The notes: a model not told the origin generated them from the letters alone. Shown: positions 1-15,481, counted from the first letter of the stretch. The stretch: 64,000 nt of DNA from the human T2T-CHM13v2.0 reference genome, Homo sapiens (GCF_009914755.1 NC_060925.1); one strand, 5' to 3'. Made by a program: numbers and translations.

Positions 1-186
1 TTCAAGTCTCCCACTATTATTGTGTGGAAGTTTAAGTCTCTGTGTAGGTCTCTAAAAACTTGTTTTATGAATCTGGGTGCTCCTGTATTGGGTGCATATG
101 TATTTAGGAGAGTTAGCTCTTCTTGTTGAATTGCTCCCTTTACCATTATGTAATGCCCATCTTTGTCTTTTTTGATCTTTGTTGGG
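1..186 (-). mobile_element. LINE-1 ORF2 endonuclease-region fragment (runs off window start)
   Basis: Reverse strand reads PTKIKKDKDGHYIMVKG.IQQEELT.LN.YAPNTGAPRFIKQV.RDL.RDL..HTIIVGD, the L1 ORF2p endonuclease motif block. Confidence 0.85.
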
Positions 187-635
187 ATAAAATTACATTT
201 TATGTCCCCCTTCCTATAGTTTGTCACTGAGGGTTGGCAGAAGTTGAAAGGAAGAAGACATTTGGGTGTTTGGTTTGGGGTTATATTAGGTTATAAGGTT
301 CATTGCCTCCACCTCTTTCAAAACATTTAGTTTCTAAATGAATCCAGCTTTAAATGACTGCAGGAGTGCCCATGCACAATTTTGTTTCTCAAATCTTTGG
401 GATTTTTCCTTGAAGAATATTCACAGGGAATGGGGCTGTCTTGCTTCATAGTTACTCTTTTGTATACATGATCTCAAGAATCGCCTGATCACTGCTAGAG
501 TTAAACCAATACACTAACTGCCTGAAGTGCTGAAAAGTCAAATGGGGGCTTAGAACCTCACTCCAGATCCTACACAAGCTGATGGTTCTGTTCCCAGAAA
601 CAACCCAGCTTCCTCATCATCTATGGCCAGTGCCT

Positions 636-1182
636 TGTAGCGGAGCTGGAGATCACCCTTTAGTGGGCTCTTCAGCTGGATCTAGAAATCAAATTGACAC
701 CAGGCAGATTAACAAGAGAAAAGTATACAGATTTTATTGCTTTTATATGTACTTGGGAATCTGCACAAGGGCAAAGTCCGAAGAGGTGGCCAAAGCAAGG
801 TGCTTTTATACATTTTTAGAAAAAGAGCCAAAAAATTGGAGAAGAAATGATAGGACAAAGAAAATCTAGCCAGGCAGTAAATTTTCTAGGAGAATCACTA
901 GGACATATATGAGGAAGGGTGTGTAAAACAGGTGAAAGATAAGGGCTAGTTCATTAAACATGTTTACTCTGGTCCATTGTAGCCTCTACGATAAGGAGTA
1001 TTTTCTCGCTCTGGTGTGGACAGGGCACGCCTCCCAGAGCAACCTTTATCACTTACTGCATGCAGGAAGAGACAGGTCAGCCCGCCCTTCCTGAAACTAC
1101 AATTTCTTCAGTGTTTTCAACTCAAAATAATCAATACCCCCCATCTGGCATATTTGGGGATGGCGCGTCCTTTACTCCTTCA
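636..1182 (-). mobile_element. Solo ERV1-class LTR (MER34/MER4-group-like)
   Basis: Minus strand begins TGAAGGAG...CCCCAAATATGCC...TTGATTATTTTGAGTTGAAAAC and ends in CA; resembles MER34-type LTR termini (family from memory). Confidence 0.5.
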
Positions 1183-1576
1183 GGCTCTTCTCCCTGAAGG
1201 TCCTTTGCATAGTTGGGAATCTCCACCAGGAGGGGTAGCTCTTTGGTCTAAACCCATGGTGGCAGAGTTTCGACAATATTCCCAACTTAAATGTTTCTGA
1301 TTCTGAGTGGTGGTTAGATCCCTTTGTACACCCCTGTCCCCAGTGCCTACAGAATGGGCATGTTAATAAGTGTTGGCTGAACATTCAATGATGGATAAGG
1401 AAGAATAGGAGGCAAGAGAGACGGTGGTCTCCAGTGCCAAGCCCCAGTGCTAACTGGGGTGATTTTTTTTCATGACTCATTTTCCTAAAATCACCCTCAA
1501 GGGTCCTACAAAACTCTTCCCAACAGCTAAATCACAGACTAATCTGGCCCATCGACGTCTTCCCTGATTATACTAA

Positions 1577-1906
<330 letters not shown>

Positions 1907-2343
1907 TGATGAATTTGTTCCATAGATTAAAATCTTGTGCCCCATCGCGTGTGGGGCTCCATCGCATGTGGGGCACAGGGTTCCTGAGTGTTTGTGGCTG
2001 TCAAACCAAGATGATTTCTTGCTTAATCAAGCAGATTTGAAAGTTCATCTCTGCTACCAGGAAGCACTTGCTCAACTCAGAAGACAATGTCCTATCAGTC
2101 TTTCACTATCACGCATCTGTTCTTCAAGATCCGTCAAATTAGCTCCAGTGAAACGGAGGCTAAAGTGAAACTTTTTCTCTTATATAGATTTTTATTCATA
2201 ACTAGGGAAAAATTAGGCACCCACAGAAAAATAATAACCTAAAAAAATTAGGCTGAACGTAAGAAAAATTTGTGATGAAATAAACATTTCAATCAACAGA
2301 AAATATTTTTCTGACTTTTTATGTGCCACCATTAGTTACATCA

Positions 2344-2775
<432 letters not shown>

Positions 2776-3001
2776 CTATGCATAAACGTAAATTGATGCA
2801 TAAACTTAATTTTAGAACTGGAAGGAAATCTGGAGTTCTTTAGGAGCCAGGTTTTACACATGCAGAAACCTAACAGCTTCAGTTTCGATTCGATAAAATT
2901 TGACTAACTAAACTTAAGATAAGCATAGTTACGCATTAGAGTATTAACTCTCAAACTTTTAAAAAAGAATTCTTCCTTTGCTTGTTAATTTTCTTTCTTT
3001 C

Positions 3002-3602
<601 letters not shown>

Positions 3603-4489
3603 TGAGCTTTGCAATGGCCCATGTTGGCAGTAGTGCAAACAAAAACAATTATGAAACCCATTTTCCTTTGACAAAGAGAAATAAGTGGCAAGAATTGGTT
3701 CTTTCTCTTAGTATGGGTCTCTGAAAAGAACCAGATCAGTCAAAAGGGGAATATTTTTCTGAAGGGATAGGTTTGGCCTAGTGGCTTCTACCTCTTTTAG
3801 ATGACTGCTGTTTCTCGTTTTAATGTTAAATAGACACTAATAGGAGAAATCACATTAATTCAGTCAACAAACATTTACTGAGCACTTCCTGTAGTCAGGC
3901 CCTCTGTTAACTTCTGGGAATACAATGACAACTCTGACAATCCCAACCCAAGGAGCCAACAAGTCCGGGAATAGAGACAGACAAGAAAACAGACAATTAC
4001 AACTCTACCGTTAGAATAAAGGTACATTGAGAACTTGCAACAAATATTCCTCATCCCTTATCTTAATTATTCATAACATGTTTACCACCAATAAGAATAG
4101 CAATAACAATAAATGCCCAACTCAGACAGCAATGTCCATTTACCCTGTGTTTACACAGCATAATACAAGCAAGCTGTGGACAGAGATTCTCTTGTTTAGT
4201 CCTCACAACTCTGCAAGGTGGGTTTTATTACTCTCCATTTCTAGATAAAGGATCTCACCTAATATTACATGGGCCAGTGGTCTTCCAGTTGGGGTATGCA
4301 CAACCCTAGGGGTAGGTGAGGACCCTGCCTGGGGTCTTCAGGTGGGGACCATCAACCTCCATTTGTACTCTTTTCTGAACATTGGTCTGAGACAGAAAGT
4401 CCCTGCAATTAAGGCATTAAGCTGGCTCTTTTTCTATTTCTCATTTCATAATTGCCCTTCTCCTGCTTTACCAAAATCTTTCACCCCCC

Positions 4490-4861
4490 ATCATATATAT
4501 ATATCCCCATATATATATCCTATATATATCCCCATACATATTCTATATATACATACCCTATATATGCATGCACACACATCATATATATGTATGCATATAT
4601 GATATATACATATATGCTATGTAAACATATATAGTGTGTATATACATGTGTGTATGTGTATATGTGTGTATATGTGTATATATACACGTGTGTGTGTACA
4701 TATATACATCATATATGTGTGTCTATATATGTATATATGGGTGTGTCTATATATGTGTATATGTACGCAAATACGTATATGTGATGTATATATATAAGAT
4801 GTGTGTGTGTATATATATGTGTTTGCATGTGTGTGTGTATATATATATAGTATATACATAT
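4490..4861. repeat. (TA)n/(TG)n/(CA)n low-complexity microsatellite tract
   Basis: About 370 bp of alternating TATA/TGTG/CACA units. Confidence 0.95.
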
Positions 4862-5140
4862 TTTTTGAGACAGCATCTCACTCTGTCGCCCAGGCTGAAG
4901 TTCGGTGGCTGATGACAGCTCACTGCAGCCTCCCGGCTCAAGTGATTCTTCCACCTCAGCTTCCTGAATGGCTGGGACTAGAGGCGTGTGTCACCACACC
5001 CAGTTAGTTATTTTATTTTTCGTAGAGATGGTGGTCTCACTGTATTGCCCAGGCTGGTCTCGAACTCCTGGGCTCAAGCGCTTTTCCACCTCGACTTCCC
5101 AAATTGCTGGGATTACAGGTGTGAGCCACTGCACCGGCCC
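4862..5140 (-). mobile_element. Alu (AluJ-type)
   Basis: Diverged antisense Alu. Confidence 0.9.
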
Positions 5141-5729
5141 ATCCTTTATTTTAATATTATGCAGTGCCCTGAGACATATAAAAAACCCACCTTCCCAAGT
5201 AAAGGAAATTCAAGCTGATGCCTGCAGAGCCTTCTTTAACAAAGGCTCTGAAATACCCTCTCTCATTAAAATGATACTTTCCAATAAAATTTTGTTTAAC
5301 AATGATTTACAAAATGATAAAATTTATTTATTTTGATTGTGTATGGATCATGGTAACAATAAAAAGACTTGTAAAAATAACTAAATTGAAAGAATCTTGA
5401 ACATTTAGAGCCTTAAGACTGTAGGAATTGAAGACCACAGAATTATTAATTTATATTAATATTTTTGTTGCAGAGACATAATGAATGATCAACGAAAGGC
5501 TTTTAAGCGTTAAAAATATATTACACTAGATAAAATTATTTGCGGGAATGGGATGGAAATACATTTTCAAGAGAGAAAGGAGCAATGTAAAATGAAGATG
5601 TAAAATCCTTCTGCTGGTTGTCCTTGGGGTTTTCTTTTAAAGAAAAGCTTGGCAGTGTTTTTCTTTTTTTCCATTGGATGATGGTGAATATCAAATCACT
5701 TTGGTGCTAATATTTCATTTAATACATTA

Positions 5730-5864
5730 ATTTTAAAATTTTCTGTAGAGGTGGGATCTCACTATGTTGTCCAGGCTGGTTTCAAACTCCTGGCCTCAAG
5801 CAATCTCCCTGCCTCAGCCTCCCACAGTGCTGGGATTACAGGTGTGAGCCACTGCATCCGGCCC
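5730..5864 (-). mobile_element. Alu monomer (FLAM-like)
   Basis: Left-arm-only antisense Alu. Confidence 0.8.
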
Positions 5865-7121
5865 CATTTAATACATTTAAAAGAGTGGTGTAACAATTTT
5901 TATTTAAAATGTCATATTTACAATATTCTAGAATGTATATCTTTTCAACTCATTAAACCTAAACATCCTTGTAAAAAGTGTGAAAAGTTATATAGTTTTT
6001 CAAAATTCGATTAGCAGTTACATAAGCATAAATGTTTAAAGTATGTATGGTACAGCCAGGCTTCAGTTCCCTGTCTTAAACACAAAGATCCATATCAATT
6101 CCAGATACTGCAATGGTTTGCTGTTTTTCCTGCTTCCCCCATCTCCAAATAAACTAAAGCATCAACATGCCTCACCTCACATAACCCTAAGTTTTCAGCA
6201 GTTGGCAGTTACACCTGGAAACCATTTTTCTAAAATAAACAACAACTGTTTGCTTACGGATCAAAATGCAAAGGACCATAACATTTAGCCTCACCTTCCT
6301 ACTACAGATCGAGTTTAAAAGTGCCATGGTATAGCTAAATTATGAAGAAAGATATGAATATAACTGCAAAAGTGGAAGGAGATTTGGGATAATTCTTGCC
6401 CATTTTGTTAGGCCAAATGCATCTTTGTGCAAATTAGAAAAAGGTGGTCTTCATCCCTTCACTCCTATCCTTTTGGGGGTGGAGGGGCAGTGGCTAAAGT
6501 ACAGACTAGGTTTCAGCTACCACATCCTCCTTCAGTTAGCTGCCCTCGGCGTGACAGAAACATGTGCAAACAGCCCTGTGCCTTTGTCTTATGTTCCAGC
6601 CAGCCAAGAAAAATAGTTGTAAAAGAGCAGCTGCTGTTTGGGGTAATGACCTTGGACCCTCCCCAATTTGTTCCAAGCCTGTTTTTGTATTCATTTTTCC
6701 CACATTTATGTTCCTGGATGGAAGCTTCCATATCTGCTCTTGGCCCTATTTGAAATTCCCCAGATTTCCTTCCTGGCTCCTGGCCTTTGGTTTTTCATGT
6801 GGCTCCTGATCCCACACGCTCCCTGAATTTGGATTCTCCTGTCATTTCAGGTGCGAGGTTTCCCACTACAGCCTCTTGGGCCTCACCTCCAATACCTCTT
6901 TCCCATCAGAACAGCCCGGACCTTCCCCTATGGTAGAGCAGAGACAGAATTTAAATGAATTCTCAAGAAGTGCTTGGACTCATATCTAGCAAAATTACAT
7001 GGCATTTAACCTTTGACACAAAAAATGCAGCTTCTAGGAATCTATCTAAAGATACACTGTGGCAAATATACAAAAAGAAGCATTATTTATCAAGCACTAT
7101 TTCCTAATAAAATAATTCTTA

Positions 7122-7631
<510 letters not shown>

Positions 7632-8039
7632 TCAATAGCTAGATGCTAAAATCATCTGATCAAACACTGATGGGAACTTCGTAACAGATGGATCAGGCTA
7701 ACAACATCTGAAACCACTAACTGGTTTTGATGTCATAAAAAGAAAAACAACCAGATATTTTCTGTCTCCTGATGAGTTGCAATTGGAGCTACATATCACC
7801 TGTAAAGTCTTCTGGCCAAAAAATTAAGCCCAGCCGGACCTTATTAAACCTTTAAATCTAACAATTAGTTTTGAAGCTTTTACAGATTAAATGAAGTCTG
7901 AGATTTGCTTCAAAATGAACCAGTGGTGGGGAGGAAGTGGGTGAGGTGTAGGTGAAACAAGATTGGCCACGTCGATAATTGCTGGAGCTGGGCGATGAAA
8001 GCACAGGTATTTATCACACCATCTCTCTACTTTTGTGTG

Positions 8040-8176
8040 TTTTTTTGTTTGTTTTTGGTTTTGGTTTTAAGGAGCAGAGAGTCTAATAGGCAAGAAAGAA
8101 AAGAGAAGGCTGAAGGAAGACGCTCCCCCGTACAGAGACAGAGGGAGGGGGCTCCAAAGCCGAAAGAGGAGGTCCT
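8040..8176 (-). mobile_element. Short poly(A)-tailed ERV LTR fragment inserted in an old L1 3' end
   Basis: Minus strand ...CTTGCCTATTAGACTCTCTGCTCCTTAAAACC plus A-rich tail; near-duplicated flanks TTGTGT(AT)GTTTT. Confidence 0.55.
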
Positions 8177-8397
8177 CTTGTGTATGTTTTAAAATACTCC
8201 CAGATAAAATATTTTTGGAAGAGTACTTGGTTGGATTCAACAGCTTTTTTTTAATTTAAAAAAATCACCTCAATTTTTTTGCTTGCTCTAACGTGCCATA
8301 GAAATTCCTGAGGTTTTACTTGTTGCTTTACAATGAACTGTGTAAACACAAGCTGGAAGAGATCAGCTATGCGCTGGAAGGGTTGGTTAAATATTGA

Positions 8398-8871
<474 letters not shown>

Positions 8872-9109
8872 CATGTATACTATTTATACATTTTTAGTAT
8901 CATTTTGTCTTTACATTTTACATAATTTCAGATACATTTTCCTCATATCAAATAATTCAGCATTTTTTAGTACTAACATCATAGTCTGTAAGCCATTCAA
9001 AAAATGTATTTCACAAAATAGGCTATCTCATCCTTTGAGCTATTGAGATGAATTAATTTATACTCCTCCTAAGATCCCTCTCGTCACTAAGATTCTTTTA
9101 TTTTATGAC

Positions 9110-9186
9110 AAAACCATAGTTCTAGAAGCTTGTTTCTCCCACCTGAAAAGACTGGATTTGGGACATGATCCTGTAGAACTTCGGAG
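9110..9186 (+). other. LGALS8: Candidate far-upstream non-coding first exon of LGALS8
   Basis: Strong donor GAG|GTAAGC at 9187 in unique sequence, consistent with my recollection of a distal LGALS8 start ~6 kb upstream of the CpG island; 5' boundary approximate. Confidence 0.4.
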
Positions 9187-10008
9187 GTAAGCCTGGTGAA
9201 TCAGATCATAGGGGGTCTGGAGGGTGAAAAAAAAGAGTTTGGTGCTCATGGATGGGGCTAGTATTGGGGTGTAGGGGAGATTAGGTCAAAGCAAGAGGAT
9301 TCAAAGGAGAAATGAATTCCCTTAGATTGGGGAAGATAATCGGAAGAGGTAAAAGACACCGTCCATGACACTTCCTGGGGAAGCAGATGTATGTATAAGG
9401 ATGTGAGTATTGTGGTTTTGTAAAGAATGCATTCCTGAAGATGTTGCATAATTTAAAACCTACATATTTTGATTAATTTTCTCATGAGAATAGCAGGGTA
9501 TGTGTTCTCGGCGCTCACAAATGTATAATCCATTGTGGCAAATTTTTGCTTTCACATATTTTTTTTTATCATTATTGTCACAGGTTCTGTGGCGGAGTTC
9601 TGGTTTCTAAATTCACAGCATACCAAGGCAGTTCTTTAAAGTTCTTGATACTCTTTTATCATATCTAACTTGTATTCCAAAATTATTGAGTTGGAGCACA
9701 TTTTCCCAGCACTTAGCACCGCTATTTCATGGATGGTTGGAGAGGGGGTCCAAAAATTTTACAATTATGTTAACAAAAGTAACACAGCAACAAAACAATA
9801 AGCAAAATCACTGCCAGAGTATTCCTTAGCTTGAAACAATACGGTTCACATCGATAGAATATGGCATCTATTTCTGTTTAATCAGTTAACCCTGCTAAGT
9901 AGCAAGAGCTTACAATTCATGTCTAAAATCATGATTTTTTTACTAGTTTTTTAAAAAATGTGGGCTCTATATATATAATTTAACATTTTGCTTGTAAGAC
10001 TTAATTTT

Positions 10009-10329
<321 letters not shown>

Positions 10330-10849
10330 TTATACCATATAAATGTGGCTTCTTGGGCAAGGAAAGAGGACAATATAGATGAAAAAGAAATTGATCCTAC
10401 CAGAAGTGATCCTTTTATCTGCATAACTCTCAGGCAGTTGTGGCAAATAATTGGCAATATCTATTGTTCTGAAACTGGTTTTCGCAACTTTTATTGGGAA
10501 CACCATCCCCTCTCCTGCATGATCAGTTTCTCCTCTCCACGGATCATTCACATGAGTAAAGTCAGTAGCGTGCTGGTAAATGTTTAAGATCTTGTTCTTT
10601 GGGGGAAAAAGTTCCTAAGTTCTAGCAGTTGCCCTGGATAACTTCAAGGTATCAACATGGAAGTTATGTACAAAAATGGCTGTCACAAGCCAGTATGAGC
10701 TAACACCAACATACTACCCAGTGTTCTTCAAACTTCAGCTCACAGCCCATTAGTGGGGCTTGCAAACATTTTAGTGGACTATAAGCAGCATTTTTTTAAA
10801 ATGAAAAAGTAGATTGTTTTACACATAACAGGAGTATTGTTTTGTACAA

Positions 10850-11154
<305 letters not shown>

Positions 11155-11989
11155 AAAATTTTTGTTTTCGTAATTTTAAGTATGTGTGTAGTAAGTCTCA
11201 ATGGAAATGTAATTCTTATGGCAGGTCACTTGAAAAAAAAGAAGTCTAAAAGTCACCAATGTAGTATCTTCTCTTTAAAAAAAAAAAAAAACAACAGGAG
11301 AAAACCTGAATCTGCCCTTTGCTCCACTCCTTCCTCAGCTATAATGCTGCTTCTCCATTCCTCCTCACAGCAAACCTTTCTGAAATCTTTATAGTCATGG
11401 TTTCCACCAGTTCTTCACCTCCCATTTCTCAACACACTTCAGAGTCAGAGTCAGCAATGACATCCATGTTCCTAAGCCCATTGCTTACTTCCGTCCTCCT
11501 TGGCCTCTCAGCACACTTGGCACACAGGCTGTTTCTCTTTCTTTGGCATCTGTGACACCACTCTCAGCAAATTCCCCTGGTTGTCCCTTCTCAGTCTCAT
11601 TTATTGGCGTTGTCTTATCTCCCCAGGGCTGTCCGAGGTGATTTTCTCCCACTACTCTCCTAGGTGGTGCCATCCAATCTCATGATGTCATATCATTCTT
11701 CCCTCATGCTTCAGCCATACTGGTTGGTGGCCTTTGTTTCCTGAACACATTTAATGCATTCTCAAGACCCTCAGGGACTTTGCAGCAGCTGCTCGCTAAG
11801 GCTGGAATGCTCTTCCCCACCATCTTCATATGGCTGTTTCCTTTCTTTCACTCACCAGCAGCTTAAACTTTGACTCCTCTGAGAGACTTTCCTTGTCACC
11901 CAACTAAGGTTGCCACTCAGGTGCTCCCAATTTAATCTTCTCTAAAACACATCACTGTATGTGTCCTCAACTAGAGTATAAGCTTCCTC

Positions 11990-12990
11990 GAAACAAGAAC
12001 AATCAAAACTCCTTGCCCTCATGGAGTTTATAGTCTTATGATGGGTGAAGTAACATAAAATAAAAAGGCACCTTATATAGTATATTAGCATGACAAATGT
12101 TAGCCAGAAATAAAGCAAGGAAGAGTTGCTAGGGAGTGTGTATGAGTGTGTTTTGGGAGAGTGTTTGCAATTTTAAATATTGGTGGTCAGGAAGGGCCCC
12201 ACTGAGAACTGACATTTGAGTAGACTTGAAAAGGGAAAAGGAAATATTGAGTAAAGATTTTAGGATGGGAGTGTGACAGGCCTGCTAGGAGAATAGCAAA
12301 GTCGCTGTGGCTGCTGCAGAAAAAGTGAGAAGGAAAGTAGTAGGAGATGAAATCACAGTGTGTGAGGATTCGGGCAGATCAGGAAGTGCTTGTGTAAGAA
12401 CTGGATCTTTACTCAAAGAATGAGCAAAAATTAGTAGACGGTTGGCCGGATGCAGTGGCTCACACCTGCAATCCCAGGTTACAGGAGGCCGAGGCGGGCG
12501 GATCACTTGAGGTCAGGAGTTCAAGACTAGCCTGGGCAACATGGTGAAACCTCATCTCTACTAAAAATACAAAACTTAGCTGGGCATGGTGGCGCGCACC
12601 TGTAGTCCCAGCTACTCAGGAGGCTGAGGCACATGAATCACTTGAACACGGTAGGCAGAGGCTGCAGTGAGCTGAGAATGTAACACTGTACTCCACTCCA
12701 ACCTGGGCAACAGAGTGAGACTGCCTCAAAAAAAAAAAAAAAGTAGGTTTTAGTAAGGGATTAACATGATCTGAATTATGTTTTGTCATGACTTCTCTGG
12801 CTGTTGTGTTGAGACTACATTGCAGAGGGGCAAGGGCAAATATAGGGAGACCGATTAGGATACTGCAGTAATAATGTAAGAGATGTGGGACTCTATCTAG
12901 AAGGGCCCATGAGGTCCTTTGCATGCTAGTATTCTTTACTGCTGTGCCTGGCCATGATAGGCATTCAGTGAATATTTGCTTATTTAAAAT
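11990..12990. mobile_element. Degenerate L2 remnants interrupted by an Alu (12444-12742, +)
   Basis: L2-like phrases (CCTTGCCCTCATGGAGTTTATAGTC, GACATTTGAGTAGACTTGAA) flank a clear sense Alu. Confidence 0.6.
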
Positions 12991-13219
12991 AACACACTGG
13001 GCTAATTGAACAACAGTGCCAAATGAGGGAGATATTTCTAGGAATAAGTTCTTAGGATTTATGAACATTTTAATCCAGATTTTCTTTGTTAACTCTGCTC
13101 TCTGGCCCTTTCACTCAGCCCCGTTTGCACCTAAATATGACTTACAAAAGAAACACAGCATTTATGTGTACTTATTTCAACTTATTTTAGCTTTGTAAAG
13201 AAGTACAAGGTTGACTCAG

Positions 13220-13442
13220 GGCCCAGCTTGGTGTCTCATGCCTGTAATTTCAGCATTGTGGGAGGCCAAGGCAGGAAGATATTGTGAGCCCAGGAGTTTG
13301 AGACCAGCCCGGGCAACACAGTGGACCCTGTCTCTACAAAAAAAAAATTTTAAATTAGCTGGGCATAGTGGTGTGCGTCTATAGTCCCAGCTACTCCTGG
13401 GGCTGAGGTGGGAGGATCACTTGAGGGAAACCCTGTCTCAAA
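13220..13442 (+). mobile_element. Alu with internal right-arm deletion
   Basis: Alu left arm, A-linker and truncated right arm. Confidence 0.85.
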
Positions 13443-14336
13443 GTGGCGGGGCTGGGGGGAGACTCAGGCAGAATTGTGAAGATATTCAATTGCTCCTGAC
13501 TTTATCAATAATCTAACATTTCAACCTAACATTGATATCTATTTTATGCAAAGCATTACACTATGCACTGGAGACTGTATAAGACAAGTTCCTTTTCTCA
13601 AACTACAGTCGAGTTGGATAGATAAAACACACAACACATACCAAAAGACAGCTATAAATCCAAGGCAGTGTATGTCAAGGGTAAATTCACCTATTCAGAT
13701 TGGATCTTGAGAAGTGCATCAGGCTTGGAAAATGGGTAAGGAGGAGAGAAAAGCAACAGTGAATCAGAACATGAGTTCCCAGTTATGGGACTTGTAATGA
13801 ATTCCTCAATTAAAACAAAAAATAATGAAAACAAAAGCCAGGGAGGAGAAAGCCCACGTTAATGACACTAAAATATATCTTTCCAAACAAATGTGGATAA
13901 AAGCCAAGTAGAGAAGATGAGAACTTTGAGGTCCCTAACAGAAAATAAACAGTAAGCAGCCAGCCATTCCAAGTGGCTGACATGACTTTGTTTAACTTTA
14001 TTTGTATTTCTGGCTGGTGTGTTTACAGCCAATAGGTCAAACTATCAGTCAGTGTAGGGCCCTGAGAAGTCGGGTATTTAAGAGCATCTAATAGGCACAG
14101 AATTGTGCTCCATACTGCTTAAACTGTTCCCTAAGTGTCCAATTTGGAGAAAACACCCACACGCAGGATAACCGGCGAGTGACGCGGAGTGGCTGCGAGT
14201 CCAAGTTATCACTAACGGATGGGGAGCTTGGGCTGGGCACAGTCCAGCGTACTGAACCCTTCCCCCACCGTTTCACCTGCATACAGAGGTGTGTACTGTC
14301 AAAAAGCAGCGCCTCCAAGTCTCTTCTGGCACTGTC

Positions 14337-14522
14337 TGGACTTGGATCCGAGGCAGACGAGGAAGCTGAGAAAACCCTGGCGTTGACCCCGTGGACCTGG
14401 GCGCCCCGGGAAGGCCAGCGCTTGGTCCAGGCAGGCGGGGCCTGTGCGGTGACCACCCTGGTCCTGAAAAGTCCCAGCCCCGAGCGCCCTCCCTCCTAGA
14501 CCTGGAGGCCTGGAACAGCCAG
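14337..14522 (+). other. LGALS8: LGALS8 alternative non-coding 5' exon (start approximate)
   Basis: Donor CAG|GTGGAC at 14523 pairs with acceptor CTGAC...CTTCCCGTAG| at 14867. Confidence 0.6.
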
Positions 14523-14867
14523 GTGGACGTCGGCCCACCTTTCTTTTCTTTCCTTCCCATTTTCCTACCACCTCCCACCCCACTCCGCCTTCCGGGCAAA
14601 GGCAGCCAGATCCACCCAGGACACATTCTTTGTCCTTATCCCTCTGTGCTCGTCCCACAGCAAGCCAGTCGCGGTCCAAGGCTCCAGAGGCTGTGCAGGA
14701 GGCCGAGCTGGGTGGCGATCAGCGGCGGGTCCCTGTCCAAAATCCAGCAGAGCCGCCAGGGACGCCCCAGACACAGAAGGCGGGGCGCGGGGAGGGTGGG
14801 GAGACCACAGCAGTGAGGCGCGCGAGCCGGGAAGTGAACGAGGACTGACTCCTGTCGCTTCCCGTAG

Positions 14868-14959
14868 CCGCCCACGGACGCCAGAGCCGGGAACCCTGAC
14901 GGCACTTAGCTGCTGACAAACAACCTGCTCCGTGGAGCGCCTGAAACACCAGTCTTTGG
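14868..14959 (+). other. LGALS8: LGALS8 non-coding 5'UTR exon (internal or first)
   Basis: Acceptor TAG at 14865-14867; consensus donor GG|GTGAGT at 14960; splices to the acceptor ACAG|GGCCAG at 16865. Confidence 0.85.
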
Positions 14960-15471
14960 GTGAGTCGCGCGACCCCCGGCCTCGGGTGGCGGGGCAGTCG
15001 CTAGAGGCGTGGCTGCTCTGAGGGTCTCGCCAGTGGAGGATGGCATTCGGATGTCACGGCTCCTAAATCACCATTTGATGGGTGGGACAGTGTCCAGTCC
15101 ACCCCGACCCGCCGGTCCTCACCGCGGCAGAGCCGGGGCTGGGTGGCGGGGACGCTGCCTCTGCAGGCGAGGCGCTCCGGGGCATAAGGGATTATCAGGA
15201 GTCGCGGCCTTTCTTGGACATCCCTGGCTGGGGTCAGGCTGTTTGCCCTGGGGTGTCTCCTCGCTGCAAACCCACCCCACCTGGGCTGCTTTCTCACCTG
15301 TTCCCTCCTAGCCTGAGGCCGAGCGCCACCTCCAAGTGGAGGAATCTGGGGAAGTTTCCTTCCCGGAATTTGTAGTGACAGTGGAGTGACCTCCATTGCG
15401 TTCCCTGCCTCTAACACGCTCTTTAGGATGCCGAGTCATTTGACTGCAGTGTTAAACATTGCAAAGCGCAA

Positions 15472-15481
15472 GTCATGTGAC
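15472..15481. promoter_or_regulatory. CLEAR/M-box E-box GTCATGTGAC (MiT/TFE or USF site)
   Basis: Exact sequence AGTCATGTGACTTCC about 510 bp into intron 1. Confidence 0.55.

Larger units (their letters stand above)
14150..15330. promoter_or_regulatory. LGALS8: CpG island / LGALS8 promoter
   Basis: High GC and CpG density; GC boxes (GGCGGGGC near 14434, 14779, 14988), ETS-like CCGGGAAGTG 14827-14836, CCAAT 14029-14033 just upstream, no TATA box. Confidence 0.9.
13975..15400 (-). ncRNA. LGALS8-AS1: Antisense lncRNA over the LGALS8 promoter (approximate span)
   Basis: Known antisense RNA at this promoter (from memory); a minus-strand AATAAA (TTTATT at 13997-14002) fits its 3' end; exon boundaries not resolved. 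Confidence 0.55.

Noticed and set aside
4275-4480. Possible hAT/Charlie transposon end (also similar motifs near 10720 and 43267)
   Set aside because: Only one terminal-like motif was recognisable at each site; family and extent could not be supported without a repeat search.
4342-5007. Y/I/H/C/V-rich ORFs on both strands
   Set aside because: Translations of the (TA)/(TG)/(CA) microsatellite.
14088-15417. Many overlapping 70-140 aa ORFs in the GC-rich region
   Set aside because: Expected from stop-codon scarcity in a CpG island; no recognisable domain. A micropeptide from the antisense RNA cannot be excluded but is unsupported.
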